Assembly (NCBI GenBank): GCA_964016885.1
Contig: OZ024740.1
Coordinates: forward strand, 250,108,001-250,172,000
From: Eledone cirrhosa
Lineage: Eukaryota
Reading direction: 5' to 3'
DNA length: 64,000 bases
A program made the position numbers and the translations under genes. The notes beneath the pieces are model-generated. The model saw nothing but the letters and a program-made list of their open reading frames with translations, had not been told where the DNA came from and searched no databases. Each line of letters begins with the position of its first letter. Within the stretch, counting starts at the first letter, position 1. Of the stretch, positions 23,386-36,899 are shown piece by piece.

Positions 23386-26300
23386 GTTTAACGTCCGTGT
23401 TCCACGCTTGCATGGGTTTAGACGGGAGTTTTCCCACTTGAGGCAAGAGTGGTTGTCTTGCTCGCATAGGACTGTCTGGTGGGTTTTCTACAGCTGGATG
23501 CCCTTCCTAACACCAACCACATTTACAGTGTGGGACTGGGAGGTTTTTACTGTGTTGCCTACACGGCCACATTACAGCGTGGACTGTGTGTTTTTTTGTC
23601 GTGACACCTACATGATCTCATTTGTTTCGGCCTGGATGTTGTGGCACCAACATAACTTTACATTGAAAGGGGCGGTGTGGATGGGGTGGGGGTGGTGTGA
23701 CGGGAGCGTATTTTGTTAGAGATGCCTACTGACTGTAGTAGGTTTACTTTGTATTTAGGCAAGGCGGGTCTTCTCTGTTACTGAGTACCGCCAAAGATCT
23801 CGGTCCAGTGACATTGTCTTGGAGAGGTGTAAGTGTGTGAGGTCGGAATTTATCAGGTCGTCCCAGGTTTTTCTGGGTCTGCCTACTCCGTGGCTACCGT
23901 CTATCTTTATTGCCCTGCACTTTTTTATACTGGTGTCGTCTTTCATGCGCATCACGTGACCATACCAACGTAGCCTTCTCTCGAGTAAACAACATCTGAT
24001 CCCTCTTATTTCTAATTTTTTCCTTAGTTCGTTTATGCTTTGCCGTTCACGTATATTACTATTACACATCCAGTGGAGCATGCAAGCTTCATTCCTCTCT
24101 AGTCTGCGTATATCCTCTGCACACAATGCCCAGGTCTCACTGCCATGCAACATTGCTGTTCGTATGCAGGCATCATACAACATGCCTTTCATTTTTAGGG
24201 AGAACCCTTTAGCGGCTAATAGTGGTATAAGCTCTCTGAACTTTTTCCATCCAGTTCTGACTCTAGCTACTGTACTTTCAGAGCACCCTCCCCCACTGCT
24301 GATTTTGTCACCCAGGTAATGGAAGCTGTCCACTATTTCTATAGAACCCTCTGCGCAATTGAAAGAGCTAGTATTTTGTGGCCACTTGCTGCTACTTATT
24401 GCACCAGAGCACCGGCCACATGTAAAATCTATGTTCTCAGTTAGCTTACCTGTGATCCCACTACATCTTTTATGCACCCTTACTTTGCATTTGGGACATA
24501 AAATGGAGTTTCTACCTACGCCTTTCCTACACACTGAGCATGGCCATTTCCCGGAAGGGACCGGCGCCTTATTTTCTTTCCTACAAATTAGAACTTTAGT
24601 CTTAGCCAGGTTAATTTTAAGGCCTTTTGATTCTAGGCCGTGCTTCCACGTTTGGAATTTCTTCTCTAGCTCGGCCATTGATTCAGCTATGAGTGTCAGG
24701 TCGTCTGCGTATAGGAGTTCCCATGGGCAGCCGGTCTTGAACTCCTCTGTTATAGCCTGAAGGGCAATAATAAATAGTAGGGGGCTGAGAACAGAGCCCT
24801 GATGGACGCCAACTTTTATGCTAAACTCTTCACTATATTCATTGTTAATTCTAACCTGGCTGACTGTTTCTTTATACATGGCTTGTATAGCTCTCACAAG
24901 CCATTCCTCAACACCTAGTTTTCTAAGAGCCGACCAGATAATGGAACGGGCGACTCTGTCGAAGGCTTTCTCCAAGTCGACAAAAGCTAAGTATAGGGGT
25001 TTACTTTTAGCTAGGTACTTCTCCTGTAGTTGTCGTACAATGAAAAGAGCGTCTGTGGTACTTTTGCCTGACACAAACCCGAACTGCATTTCATCTAGGT
25101 CAATTCTCTCTCTGATTAGTTGTGCTATTACTTTTTCCATGACCTTCATGACCTGGTCGATTAATTTAATGCCTCTATAGTTACTCCTATCTAGGGCATC
25201 TCCTTTACCCTTGTAACAGTTAATGATGATGCTGCTACACCAGTCCTTTGGAACAACCCCATTCTGTATGACTTGGTTTACTATCCGGGTGACCATGGTG
25301 TGTCCCACCGTTCCAGAGGTTTTCAGCATCTCAGCAACTATTTCCGAAGGCCCAGTCTTCATATCTTTGATTGCCTTACTTATTATACTACCTTCGACTA
25401 ACACTGCTGGTCCCTCTATTGGGTCGATGTGGGGGAGACTGTCTTTCTCCCATTTATTCTCCTCATTTAGTAGCCTTTCGTAGTGACACTTCCAAGCTAC
25501 CTTCTTATCAGCGTCAGTGATGGCAAGTACGCCATCATCATTAAGTACACACTTCTCCCCGACAATATCACGGTTTTCCTTGACACATTGCCTAGCAATC
25601 CTGAACACCTCACGTTTTTGGTCCTCATGTTGTAGAACATGCTTGAACTTTCTTTCCTCTGCTTCCCTTCTTGCGAAGTACACTTGTCTCCTAGCTTCCC
25701 TCCTGGCCACTTGATAGTCTTCTCTACTTCCCCCCATCCCGCCATACTTTCCAAGCCTGCTTTTTGGCCTTAATTGACTCCTCCACCTTACTGTTCCACC
25801 ACCATGTTACTCTCTTCCTACCTACAGGCCTGCTCCAGCCACAGACTTCATCTGCCGCCGTCAGCAGGTTTGCTTTCAGGAATTCCCACTGTTCCTCTAT
25901 ATTATACGACTCTAATTGCTCTTCCTTACTGTCGAAAGCATCAAGTAATATGCTTTGAAATTTATTTCTGGTTGTGGGGTCCTTTAGCTTCCATATTTTT
26001 CTCCTGAGGATAGTCCTCTTCTGCTGTCTAGTACGTCTCGTCCAGACTATGAGGTCGCTAATTATCAGTCTATGTTGGGAGGTGCATTCTTCATGGGGGA
26101 GGGATTTAGTGTTTACAACAGACACTCTGTCACGTCTTCTGGTAAGGATATAATCTACCTGGCTTGTGTGTTCCCCTGATCTATAGGTGATCAAGTGATT
26201 GTCTCGTTTTTTGAAGTTAGTGTTACAGATAGTTAGGTTATTTGCGTCACAGAATTCCAGGATTCTGGAGCCTTCCTCATTTCTAGTACCAAACCCATAG

Positions 26301-27273
26301 CCTCATGGATTCCGTCATAGCCGTCACAATGTTGTCCAACGTGACCATTTAGGTCGCCTGCAATAATTATATAGTCACTGTCGGTTATTTGGGAGGTAGT
26401 GAGCATCAGTGTCTCATAGAATCTGTCTTTTATAGTGCCGGACAGTCCGGATTGGGGTGCGTACGCAGATATTACTGTCACCATAGTTCTATTGAGGACA
26501 AGTCTTATTTTAATTAATCTGTCGTTCACTCTATTTACGTCTATTATCTGCCCACTTTTCTGCTACCATGATTCCTACTCCACCCAGCCCATTGTCATTT
26601 CCCACCCAGAAAAGCTTATAGCATCGTTCTTTACCCACGATGAATCTAGCAGACCCTCCCCTCCACCTGGTCTCTTGAATACAACAAACATCGACCTCCT
26701 TACGTTCAAGCATTTCTAGAACTTCGTTAGAGCGACCCTTTAAGGTCATGGTACCGACTCTACATTCATGGTACTGACTCTGAAGTTTTGGATTGCGTTT
26801 GGAGGGTGAGGGCGGTGGGGCGTGGGGGTGGGTGGGGGAGATGGGGTTATGTTAGCCATCCGTGGCCGAAACAAGGAGGAGTGCTTGCATTCTCGTCCAC
26901 GAGGTGACATTGTCTTTGGCATTGTCGCTGAGCGTCCAGATTTTTCTCTCTTCAACTCTCCAGAATTCCGTAGTCCATCCATCATATCGAAAGGCAACCA
27001 GGTAAGCGATAGTATAGGCCTCTGACTTATGATTGGTCCACGTAATAATGGTGGTGCGTGGGGGGCAGGAGGGAGGGATGTTGGGTAGTTAGCGAGAAGG
27101 TAAGGTTATAAATAGGATCTCCGTATTTTGGGCATAATTTAACAAGCATAAACAAAAATACAAGATTTGTTTTGGAAAATACGACAGTGTATCTAGTAGA
27201 AAGACAATGATTGGAAAAAAATGATAGAGAATGGTGAATGGATGGACTAATGAATTAAAATGGAGAGGAGAAT
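23354..27273 (-). mobile_element. Full-length-like RTE LINE (family A)
   Basis: APE (CIQETRW, SAYAPQ, AGDLNGHVG, SQHRL), RT and a (GAT)n tail. TSD ggacca at 23348-23353 and 27274-27279. Confidence 0.92.
23755..25737 (-). pseudogene. RT-containing open segment (660 aa) of the RTE ORF, with internal PHD finger
   Basis: NYRGIKL, QFGF, FVDLEKAFD, GVHQGSVLSP, LYADD, C4HC3 finger, YLG and RLRWYGH. Upstream APE segments are in other frames. Confidence 0.9.
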
Positions 27274-28017
27274 GGACCAGCTATTGAAATTGACGACTAT
27301 AGTGTCAAAGAGGCATTTAAGGAAATGAAAAGCGGTAAGGTCCCTGGACCACCATGGTTAGTTGCTGAGATGTTAAAAGTAGCAAAGGAGGAGGGTGCTC
27401 CAAGGCCATAGTATCTAGAATAAGGACGGGTTGGAAGAAGTTTAGGGAGCTGCTTCCTCTGTTGACAAAGAAGGGTTTCTCCCTGCATACGAAAGGACGG
27501 TTATATGATGCCTGTGTGAGATGCGCGATGCTGCATGGTAGTGAGACATGGGCAGCAACTGCAGAGGATATGCGACAGCTGGAGAGAAATGAAGCAAGCA
27601 TGCTCCGTTGGATGTACAATGTCCGACCAAGCATAGATGAGTTGAGAAAGAAACTGGGTATAAGAGGGATAAGTTGTGGTGTGTAGGAGAGAAGGCTGAG
27701 ATGGTATGGACATATGATGCACTGGGTAAAGAAGTGCCTAGAAATCGCAGTGGAATGTAGATGCAGTAGAGGAAGGTCACGAAAATCATGGGCAGAGGTG
27801 GTGAGAGCTGATCTCAGATCGCTGAAGCTCACAGAGGAGATGATGAAGGACCGTGACGAATGGAGAGATGCTGTGCTGAATAGGACCCATCCCACCCTTG
27901 CAAGCAAAGAAAAGCAGATGGAAAATGATGATGATGATTTCCAATTCCACTTTTTCTCTATAACCCCTGTTTTGTATAGAACTTTACTCCTTTTTCAAAT
28001 ATATGTATATATATATA

Positions 28018-28823
28018 CAGTAGTGGAATGGCTCTAAAAATAGTGGTTGCCAGGAGACAAAGGGGGCCCGGCCCACCCACATATACAATGCTATCATTTA
28101 ATTTTTATAATGAATAAATAACATTTTCAAAAAATACGTAAGTGAAAACAAAACAGTGCAATCAAATTTTTACAGAAAAAAAATGTATATTTTTTACTAT
28201 TCTTAGAGTATATATACTGTACATTTTACTGGCAATATACAGTAATACTAAATGTTAATACAGAATATTGTAATTGAATTTTTAAATAATTGTGAATGTC
28301 TAGTATACTGTTATTTAGAGTAGAATATGCAAGTGACTGTTCTTATCTTCTCCAATAAAAAATATAAAGTACCTTTCGAAATATACACATCCAGAGACTT
28401 TCAATAATGACCTTTGGCTTTTCACATTCACTCAATATATATATAGATTTATATATATGTATACATACATGTTTTCAACTTGTACAAAAATTATTTGAGG
28501 ACTCATTCTCCCTAGGGACTTTAGACAGAAGAACTGACCACTAATTGATTTTACATATATCTTTAACCCTCTGACATCAAAAATTATTTGGCCAGCAGCT
28601 CATGTATGTGTAAGTATATACATATATATATATTCTAACCGTTAGCACTATCATATAATTTGGTTTCTATTAATTCCCTAGGGAATTGTTTAACCAAATG
28701 CTTTGCTTATTTGTTTTAAAAAAAATTTATTCTTTCTCTAAGACTTTTTGAAAGCAAAGCGTTGGCCCCTAAAATACTATGGTGGGCCCTGCAACAGTAC
28801 CATGGGCAACCTGGCCAGTCCAC

Positions 28824-28828
<5 letters not shown>
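28018..28828. mobile_element. Putative non-autonomous hAT-like element
   Basis: Imperfect TIRs: cagtagtggaatggc at the left end and (rc) taggggtggactggc at the right. Subterminal gggccc motifs, an AT-rich interior and (TA)n flanks. Confidence 0.45.
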
Positions 28829-28854
<26 letters not shown>

Positions 28855-28857
<3 letters not shown>

Positions 28858-30270
28858 TCATCATCATCATCACCGTTTTACGTCCATTCTTCCATGCTAG
28901 CATGGCTTAGACGAGTTGTCCTATTGTGAGCAATGCCAGGTCAGATGACCATGTCTTGCTAATATGGAACTAATTTGGGCTTGATTTCTACAGCTGGATG
29001 CCCTTCCTAACACCTACCTCATTCACAGTGAGTACTGGGTACTTTTTTACCGTAGCGCCTGCACAACCTCTTTATAGTGGGAGGTGTCTATATGCTTCAG
29101 CTTTGGCTTGTACCCATGGGAAGTCGGGTCTTCTGCATTACTGCATAATGCCAGAGATCTTGGTCCTATGTCATCGCCTTTAAGAGGTGCAACTGGGCAA
29201 GGTCAGCTTTTATCACCTCATCCCGGGTCTTCTTGGGTCTACCCACTCCAAGGCTTCCATCAACTTTTAGTGTTCTGCACCTTTTTATGCGGCCATCATC
29301 CGTCATACACATCACGTGTCCATACCAACGCAACCGCCTCTCCTGCACACAGAATTTGATTCCTCTTATGCTTATTCCTTCTCTCAATTCGTTGATGCTT
29401 TGCTGTTCGGGTATATTACTATTACACATCCAACAGAGCATGCAAGCTTTGTTTCTTTCTAATATATGCAACGCCAATGTCTCACTACCATGTAACATCT
29501 ACACAACGCCAATGTCTCACTACCATGTAACATTGCTGTTCATATGCATGCATCATACAGTCTGCCTTTTATTTTGTGGGAAAATCCTTTTGCAGCTAGC
29601 AGTGGTAGTAGCTCCCTGAACTGAGAATAATAGAGGGTGGGTCTTCTGTAATACTAATAGCGCCAGAGGTATAATTGTGCAAGGTCAGCTTTATTACCTC
29701 ATCCCAAGTCTTACTAGGCCTGCCATGGGGGAACCATCAACTTTGTGTGCTCTGCACCTCTTTATACAGCTGTCATCCTTCATACGCATCACATGTCCTC
29801 TCCTGCATGCGACAACTGATCCCTCTTATGCCTAATTTCTCACGCAGTACTTTTATACTTTGCCATTCACGTATATTACTATTGCACATCCAACAAAGCA
29901 TGGAGGCTTCATTTCTTTCCAATCTTTGCAGGTCCTCAGCACACGGTGCCCAGGTCTCGCTGCTGTGCAACATTGTTGTTCGTATACAGGCATCATACAG
30001 GCTGTCTTTCATTTTGAGGAAACAAATTTTTCTTGTTAGTAACGGTAGTAGCTCCCTGAACTTTCTCCAACCCAATTTCACTCTGGTTACTGTGCTTTCA
30101 GAAAACCCTCCCCCTCTACCGATTTGGTCACCCTAGTAACAGAAACTATCTACCACTTCAACCGAGCCTTCTGAGCATTTGAAGGTGATTGTATCTTGAG
30201 GGTTCTTGCTACTTACTGCCCCTGTGCACCAGCCACAAGTAAAACCTAACTTCTTTTTTGGCCTGTCTGA
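28855..30270 (-). mobile_element. Two tandem degenerate RTE family A 3' fragments
   Basis: ORFs 29166-29498 and 29773-30081 give LHGSET, ERRLRWYGH and GWRKFRELLPLL. (GAT)n tail at 28855. Confidence 0.85.
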
Positions 30271-30291
30271 TATATATATATATATATATAT

Positions 30292-33200
30292 ATCATCATC
30301 ATCATCATCGGTTAACGTCCATCTTCCACGCTAGCATGGGTTAGACGAGAGTTGTGCCACTTGAGGCAAGGTTGGTCGGGTGACCGTGTCTCGCTCATAT
30401 AGGACTATCTGGCAGGCTTTCTATGGCTGGATGCCCTTCCTAACACCAACCACATTTACAGTGTGACCTACATGGCCACATTACAGCGTGGACTGTGTGT
30501 TTTTTTGTCATGACACCTACACGATCTCGATCTCGATCTCATTTATTTGGACTGGATGTTGTGGTACCAACTTTACAGAGAGAGGGTGGTGTTGGTGGGA
30601 GTGGGAGGATAGGGTAGGGGTAGTGGATTGAGGTGTATATTTGGTTAAGAGGTGCCTACTGACTGTAGGTTTAGCTTTGTACATAGGCAAGGCGGGTCTT
30701 CTGTATTACTGCGTAGTGCCAAAGATCTCGGTCCAGTGACATTGTCTTAGAGAGGTGCAAGTGTGTAAGGTCGGAATTTATCAGATCATCCCAGGTTTTT
30801 CTGGGTCTACCTACTCCGTAACTACCATCAATTTTGATCGCTCTGCACTTTTTTATGCAGCTGTCGTCTTTCATGCGCATCACGTGACCATACCAACGTA
30901 GTCTTCTCTCAAGTAAACAGCATCTAATCCCTCTTATTCCTAATTTCTCACTTATTTCATTTATGCTTTGCCGTTCACATATATTACTATTACACATCCA
31001 ACGGAGCATCCATACTTCGTTCCTTTCCAGTCTGCGCAGGTCCTCTGCCCGTAATGCCCATGTCTCACTGCCATGTAGCATTGCTGTTCGTATACAGGCA
31101 TCATACAATCTGCCTTTCATTTTTAGAGAGAAAACTTTTGAGGCCAACAGCGGTATAAGTTCTCTGAACTTTTTCCATCCCGTTCTGACTCTGGCTACCA
31201 TACTTTCAGAACACCCTCCACCACTGCTGATTTCGTCACCCAGGTAACGGAAAGTGTCTACTATTTCTATAAAACCATCTGGGCTATAGAAGGAGCTAGT
31301 ATCCTGTGGACACTCGCTACTTATTGCACCTGAGCATTGGCCACATATAAAGTCTACGTTCTTAGATAGTTTACCTGTGACCCCACTACATCTTTTATGT
31401 ACCCATACTTTGCATTTGGGACATAAAATGGAATTTCTGCCCACTCCTTTCCTACACACTGAGCATGGCCATTTCTCCGAGGGCACATGTGCCCTATTTT
31501 CCTTTCTAAAAACTAGAACTTTAGTCTTAGACAAGTTAACTTTAAGGCCTTTTGATTCTAGGCCATGTTTCCATGTTTGGAATTTCTTCTCTAGTTCAGC
31601 CATTGATTCAGCTATGAGCGTATAGAAGTTCCCATGGGCAGCCGGTCTTGAACTCCTCTGTTATAGCCTGAAGGGCAATAATAAATAGGAGGGAGCTAAG
31701 GACTGAGCCTTGATGAACGCCAACTTTTACACTAAATTCTTCACAATATTCATTGTTAATTCTAACCTTACTGACTGTTTCTTTATACATAGCTTGTATA
31801 GCTCTCACAAGCCATTCATCTACACCTAGTTTTCTAAGAGCCCACCAGATAATGGAGCGGGGGACTCTGTCAAAGGCTTTCTCCAGGTCTACAACAGCTA
31901 AGTAGAGGGGTTTACTTTTAGCTAGGTACTTCTCTTGTAGTTGTCGTACAAGGAAAAGAGCGCCTGTGGTACTTTTACCTGACACAAACCCAAACTGCAT
32001 TTCATCTGGATCAATTCTCTCTCTGATTAATTGCGCTATAACTCTTTCTGTGACCTTCCTGACCTGGTCAACTAACTTAATGCCTCTATAGCTTCCCCTA
32101 TCTAGAGCATCCCCTTTACCCTTGTAGCAGTTAATGATGATGCTGCTACGCCAGTCTTTCGGTATGACCCCATTCTGTATTACTTGGTTAACTATACGGG
32201 TGACCATAGTGTGTCCCACCATACCAGATGTCTTCAACATCTCAGCAACTATCTTCGAAGGCCCAGCTGCCTTGCCTGTCTTCATATCTTTGATTGTCTT
32301 ACTTATTATACTACCTTCAACTTGCACCGCTGGTCCGTCTATTGGATCGATCTGGGGCAGACTATCTTTTTCCCATTTATTCTCCTCTCTCGTAGTGACA
32401 CTTCCAGGCTATCTTCTTATCAGTATCAGTGAGGGTAAGTACACCGTTATCATTACGGACAAACTTCTCCCCGACAATATCACGGTTTTCCTTGACACAT
32501 TGTCTAGCAATCCTTAACACCTCACGTTTTTGGTCCTCACGTTGTAGAACTTTCTATGCTTGAACTTTCTATCCTCTGCTTACCTTTTTGCAAGGTACAC
32601 TTGTCTCCTAGCTTCTCTCCTGGCCACTTGATAGTGCTCTTTACTTCCCCCATCCTGCCATACTTTCCAAGCCTGCTTTTTTGCCTTGATTGTCTCTTCC
32701 ATCTTACTGTTCCACCACCAAGTTACTCTCCTCATGCCAATAGGTCTGCTCCAGCCACAGATTTCATCCGTTGCTTTCAGCAGGTTCACTTTCAAGAATT
32801 GCCACTGTTCCTCTATATCGCACGTCTCTAATTGCTCTTCCTTATTGTCAAAGGCATCAAGTAATAAGCTTTTAAATTTGTCACTGGCTATGGGGTCCTT
32901 CAACTTCCATATTCTGTCGTCGAGTACGTCTATTTCTGACTATGAGGTCGCTAATTATCAGTCTATGTTGGGAGGTGCATTCTTCATGGGGGAGGGATTT
33001 AGTGTTTACAACAGACACTTTGTCCCGTCTTCTAGTAAGGATTTAATCTATCTGGCTGGCGTGTTCCCCGGATCTATAGGTGATCAAGTGGTTTTCACGT
33101 TTTTTGAAGTTTGCATTACAGATAGTTAGGCTATTTGCGTCACAGAATTCCAGGATTCTGAAGCCCTCCTCATTTCTATTTCCAACCCCATAGCCTTCAT

Positions 33201-33900
33201 GGATTCCATCATAGCCATCACTATGTTGTCCAACGTGACTGTTTAGATCGCCAGCAATAATTAAGTAGTCACTGTCGGTTATTTGGGAGGTAGTGTGCAT
33301 TAGCATCTCATAGAACCTGTCCTTTATAACATCAGATAGACCAGATTGGGGTCCATAAGCAGATATTATTGTCACAGTAGTTCTATTTAGAACTAGTCTT
33401 AATTTAATTATTCTGTCATTCACTCTATTTACATCAATTACCTTATTTTTCAGCTAACATAATTCCTACACCACCCAGTCCGTTGTCATTTCCCACCCAG
33501 AAAAGTTTATAGCATCGTTTTTTACCCACGATGAATCTAGCAGACACACCTCTCCAACTAGTCTCTTGAATACAACAAACATCAACTTCTTTACGTTCAA
33601 GCATCTCTACAACTTCATTTGAGCGACCTTTCAATGTGCCTACGTTCATGGTACCAACTCTGAAGTTGGGAGGGTGGGATTGATGGGTTGGAGGGACAGG
33701 GAGGGGTGTGGGAGACGGAATTTAGCTGGTCATCTGTGTCTGGAATAAAGAGGAGTCCTTGTATTCTCGTCTTGCGGCAGGAGGTGAATTTATCTTTATC
33801 TTTATCTGTGACATTGTCATTGAGTGCTTAGACTTTCCAAATTTCCGCAGTCAAGGTGGGTTGACTGCGGAAAGACAAGTATTTTGCTTACATTCTCAAA
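30292..33900 (-). mobile_element. Near full-length RTE LINE (family A), frameshifted
   Basis: ORFs 33443-33649, 33043-33423, 32580-32903, 31608-32327 and 30671-31603 are colinear with the 23354-27273 copy. PHD finger and (GAT)n tail present. Confidence 0.92.
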
Positions 33901-34126
33901 ATCGACATACAAACTACAAACACGTACGCCACTCACACACCAACACTCATGCATACAAACACACATACCACTCACACATACATATATATATATATATATT
34001 ACCGTCAGTACCGATACAAAATCAAAATCATGTCAACTGTTGACTTTTCCAGTCCAGTTCAGTTTTTATATAATAATAATAATAATTGTTGCTTTACAGC
34101 AAAGAGCAACGGCTCCCCACTCTCTG

Positions 34127-34210
34127 TCCTTACGGGGGTCGATAAAATAAATTACCACTAATACACTGGGATAATTGCTGGCCTTGTGCCAACAGTAGAA
34201 ACAATTATTA
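34127..34210 (+). mobile_element. S1 SINE 3' fragment
   Basis: tccttacgggggtcgataaaataaa...gctggccttgtgcc...gtagaaacaattatt. Confidence 0.75.
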
Positions 34211-34234
34211 TAGTTGTTTTTAAGGCCTGATCGC

Positions 34235-34345
34235 TGGTGATGGCGGTGGTGGTGGATAGTGTCAGTGATGGTGGTGGTGGTGGATAGTGTCAGTGATGGT
34301 GGTGGTGGTGGATGGTGTCAGTGATGGTGATGGTGGTGGATGGAT
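34235..34345. repeat. ~28-bp tandem repeat, about 4 copies
   Basis: Units of ggtggtggtggatagtgtcagtgat. Confidence 0.8.
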
Positions 34346-34576
34346 ATATATATATATATATACACATATTAACATATTATTAATGCCAAATTATGATGAG
34401 CACTAACTACAGATATAATGCTTATTGTGTAAACAGTAATAACACTAACCATTATGGCGGTGCATGGTAGTGGGGTGGCTAGAGTGGTCATGTGCAAGAA
34501 CCCCCCGACCGATATCAAACAATTGCACAATAACAATAACAATAAAGATGATGATAATGATTTTAATTAGTTTTCC

Positions 34577-36446
34577 TTGCAGACGAAAAGGAAAAATCAA
34601 TGCAAGATGACACAGTTCACTGTTGCCATGCTTAATGTTGGCACTCTGAGAGGTAGATCTGGTGAGATAGTAGAGATGCTAGAGAGAAGACATGTGGATG
34701 TGTGCTGCGTGCAAGAAGTGAGATGGAGACGTGCAAGACTAATCACAGGCAAACAGCTTAGCTATAAGCTTTTCTGGGTAGGAAATGATGATGGGTTAGG
34801 TGGGGTAGGTATTTTACTGACTGAGAAATGGATTAACAAGACAATGGAGGTAGTTAGAGTAAGTAATAGAAACATTAAGATTAGATTAGTTGTAGGCAAC
34901 AGACAGCCAACAATTATCTCTACCTATGCTGGGCCTAGGTAAAGAAGAGAAGGACCGCTTTTACGAGCAACTTCTAGAGACAACCATAGTGGCAGAGGAC
35001 AGAGACCTAGTTATACTAGCAGGTGACTTCAATGGTCATGTTGGACAGCTCCAGGACGGATACATTGGGATAAATGGTGGTTATGGTTATGGCTCAAGAA
35101 ACGAAGGAGTGAGGCTTCTTGAATTTTGAGATGCAACACTAACTTCAGGAAACCTGCCAATCACCTAATCAGGCGAGCACATAAGCCAGATTGACTTCTT
35201 GCTAGTTAGGCAATGAGACAGACAGATGGTTGCAAATACAAAGGCAGTGTGTCAATGCAAATCAGGATGTTGTTAGAGATAAATGTGTCCGAAATGATGC
35301 TGGTGCGATTAGTGTCACTGATGTTCAGAAAAAAGAGGCCTAGAAATGTGATTATGAGAGAATGATGAATGTTGAGAATGAATGAGAGAGAGAGAAACTA
35401 CCCCCAACAGACCTAACAGAGGGACCAGCTATTGTGATTGACGACTATAGGGTCAAAGAAGCAATCAAAAAGATGAAAAGTGGTAAGGCCGCTGGATCGT
35501 CAGGGTTAGTTGCTGAGATGCTGAAGGCATCAGGAGAAGTAGGAACTAAACTAGTTGCACGCATAGTCAATTAAGTAATATATGGCGGAGTTATACCCAA
35601 AGACTGGTGCAGTAGTATTCTTGTTAATTGTTTCAAAGGAATGCTCTAGAGAGAAGCAATTATAGGGGCATAAAACTGATGGATCAGGTTATGAATGTGA
35701 CAGAAAGAGTGCTAGCACAACTAATTAGAGCAAGAGCCAAATTATATGAGATGCAGTTTGGTTTTGTACCTGTGAAAAGTACAACAGATGCGCTCTTCTT
35801 ATTGAGACAATTACAAGAGGGGAGTTTAGAGAAGAATAAGCCACAGTATTTTGCTTTTGTTGACCTAGAGATAGCCTTTGATCTATCATCTGGTACTTCC
35901 TAAGGAAACTAGATGTAGAGGAATAGCTTGTGAGGACAGTGCAAGTTATGTACAGAGGAGCTGTTGGTAAAGTGAGAGTAGGAATGGAATTTAGTGAGGA
36001 ATTCCAGATACAAGTAGAAGTTCATCAGGGTTCGGTCCTCAGCCCACTTATGTTCATTATAGTTCTCCAAGCCATAACAGAGGAGTTTAAGACTGGCTGC
36101 CTATGGGAGAAATGAAGCAAGCATGCTTTGATGGATGTGTAATGTCAATGTGTGTGAATGATCAAGCATGGATGAGTTGAGAGAGAAACTGTGTATAAGA
36201 GGAATAAACTGTAATGTACAGGAGAGAAGACTACCTTGGTATGGCCATGTAAAGTGCATAGAAGATGACCGCTGGGTGAAGAAGTGCCAGGTAATCCTAG
36301 TGGAAGGAAGACACAGTAGAGGAAGACCACGGAAAAAATGGGCGGAGGTGGTGAGAGCTGCTCTCTGATGGCTGAAGCTTACAGAAGAGATGACAAAAGA
36401 TCCGTTCCACCCATGCAAGCAGGAAAAAACGGACACAAAATGATGA
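34577..36446 (+). mobile_element. Degenerate, internally deleted RTE family B
   Basis: LNVGTL, CVQEVRW, LAGDFNGHVG, NYRGIKL, VHQGSVLSP and RGRPRKKW, with a short GAT tail. Confidence 0.88.
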
Positions 36447-36487
36447 TATATATATATACTATAAATTAGAGTGTATGTGTATATGTG

Positions 36488-36645
36488 TAGTAGTAGTAGT
36501 AGTGGTAGTGGTGGTGGTAGTAATAGTAGTAGAAGTGGTGGTAGTAATAGTAGTAGCAGTGGTGGTAATGGTGATGATAGTAGTAGTAGTAGTAGTAATT
36601 GTAGTAGTAGTAGTAGTGATGGTAGTAGTGGTGATAGTAGTAGTA
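36488..36645. repeat. (GTA/GTG)n trinucleotide microsatellite
   Basis: Seen directly. Confidence 0.95.
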
Positions 36646-36899
36646 GGAGAAAAAGCATTCCAAAAAGCAATAGGATTGATCAAATCCGAGCCTGTTTGAA
36701 AAAAAACCAACACTTTGGTCATCTATCAAAGTTTTGAAGCTCATTACAAACATTGGGAAATATCTTGGTAAAAACGAACAATCAGAACAGTTACCCCAGA
36801 ATCTATTAATGCTTGGGGTACGGAACACTTCCTGTTGATAGAAAGGGAGTTATTGATATAAGTCCCATAGACACGATGATGGAATCATTTTTCCATCAC

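Larger units (their letters stand above)
22186..27938 (+). mobile_element. Degenerate RTE family B, split into 22186-23353 and 27274-27938
   Basis: Colinear with 49453-52233 on both sides of the nested insert (LAGDFN, VTWWWN; LHGSETW). Has a (GAT)n tail and an internal deletion. Confidence 0.85.
16983..27999 (+). mobile_element. Near full-length Penelope-like element (Neptune-type) with inverted 5' pLTR and interrupted 3' pLTR
   Basis: Inverted pLTR at 16983-17266, pLTR at 17289-17573 and a broken ORF at 17599-20980. The 3' pLTR is split into 21806-21971, 22136-22185 and 27939-27999 by later insertions. (TA)n lies at both ends. Confidence 0.85.

Noticed and set aside
24035-25483. Plus-strand ORFs opposite the RTEs and CRE (e.g. 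24359-24760, 347-823, 51634-52179)
   Set aside because: Antisense shadows of retroelement ORFs with no recognisable motifs.
23755-25737. Intact active LINE or domesticated RT gene
   Set aside because: The upstream endonuclease part is broken by several frameshifts, so the copy is young but defective unless these are assembly indels.
36101-36828. Poly-Ser/Thr/Leu/Val ORFs resembling mucin or membrane proteins
   Set aside because: A (GTA/GTG)n microsatellite open in several frames.
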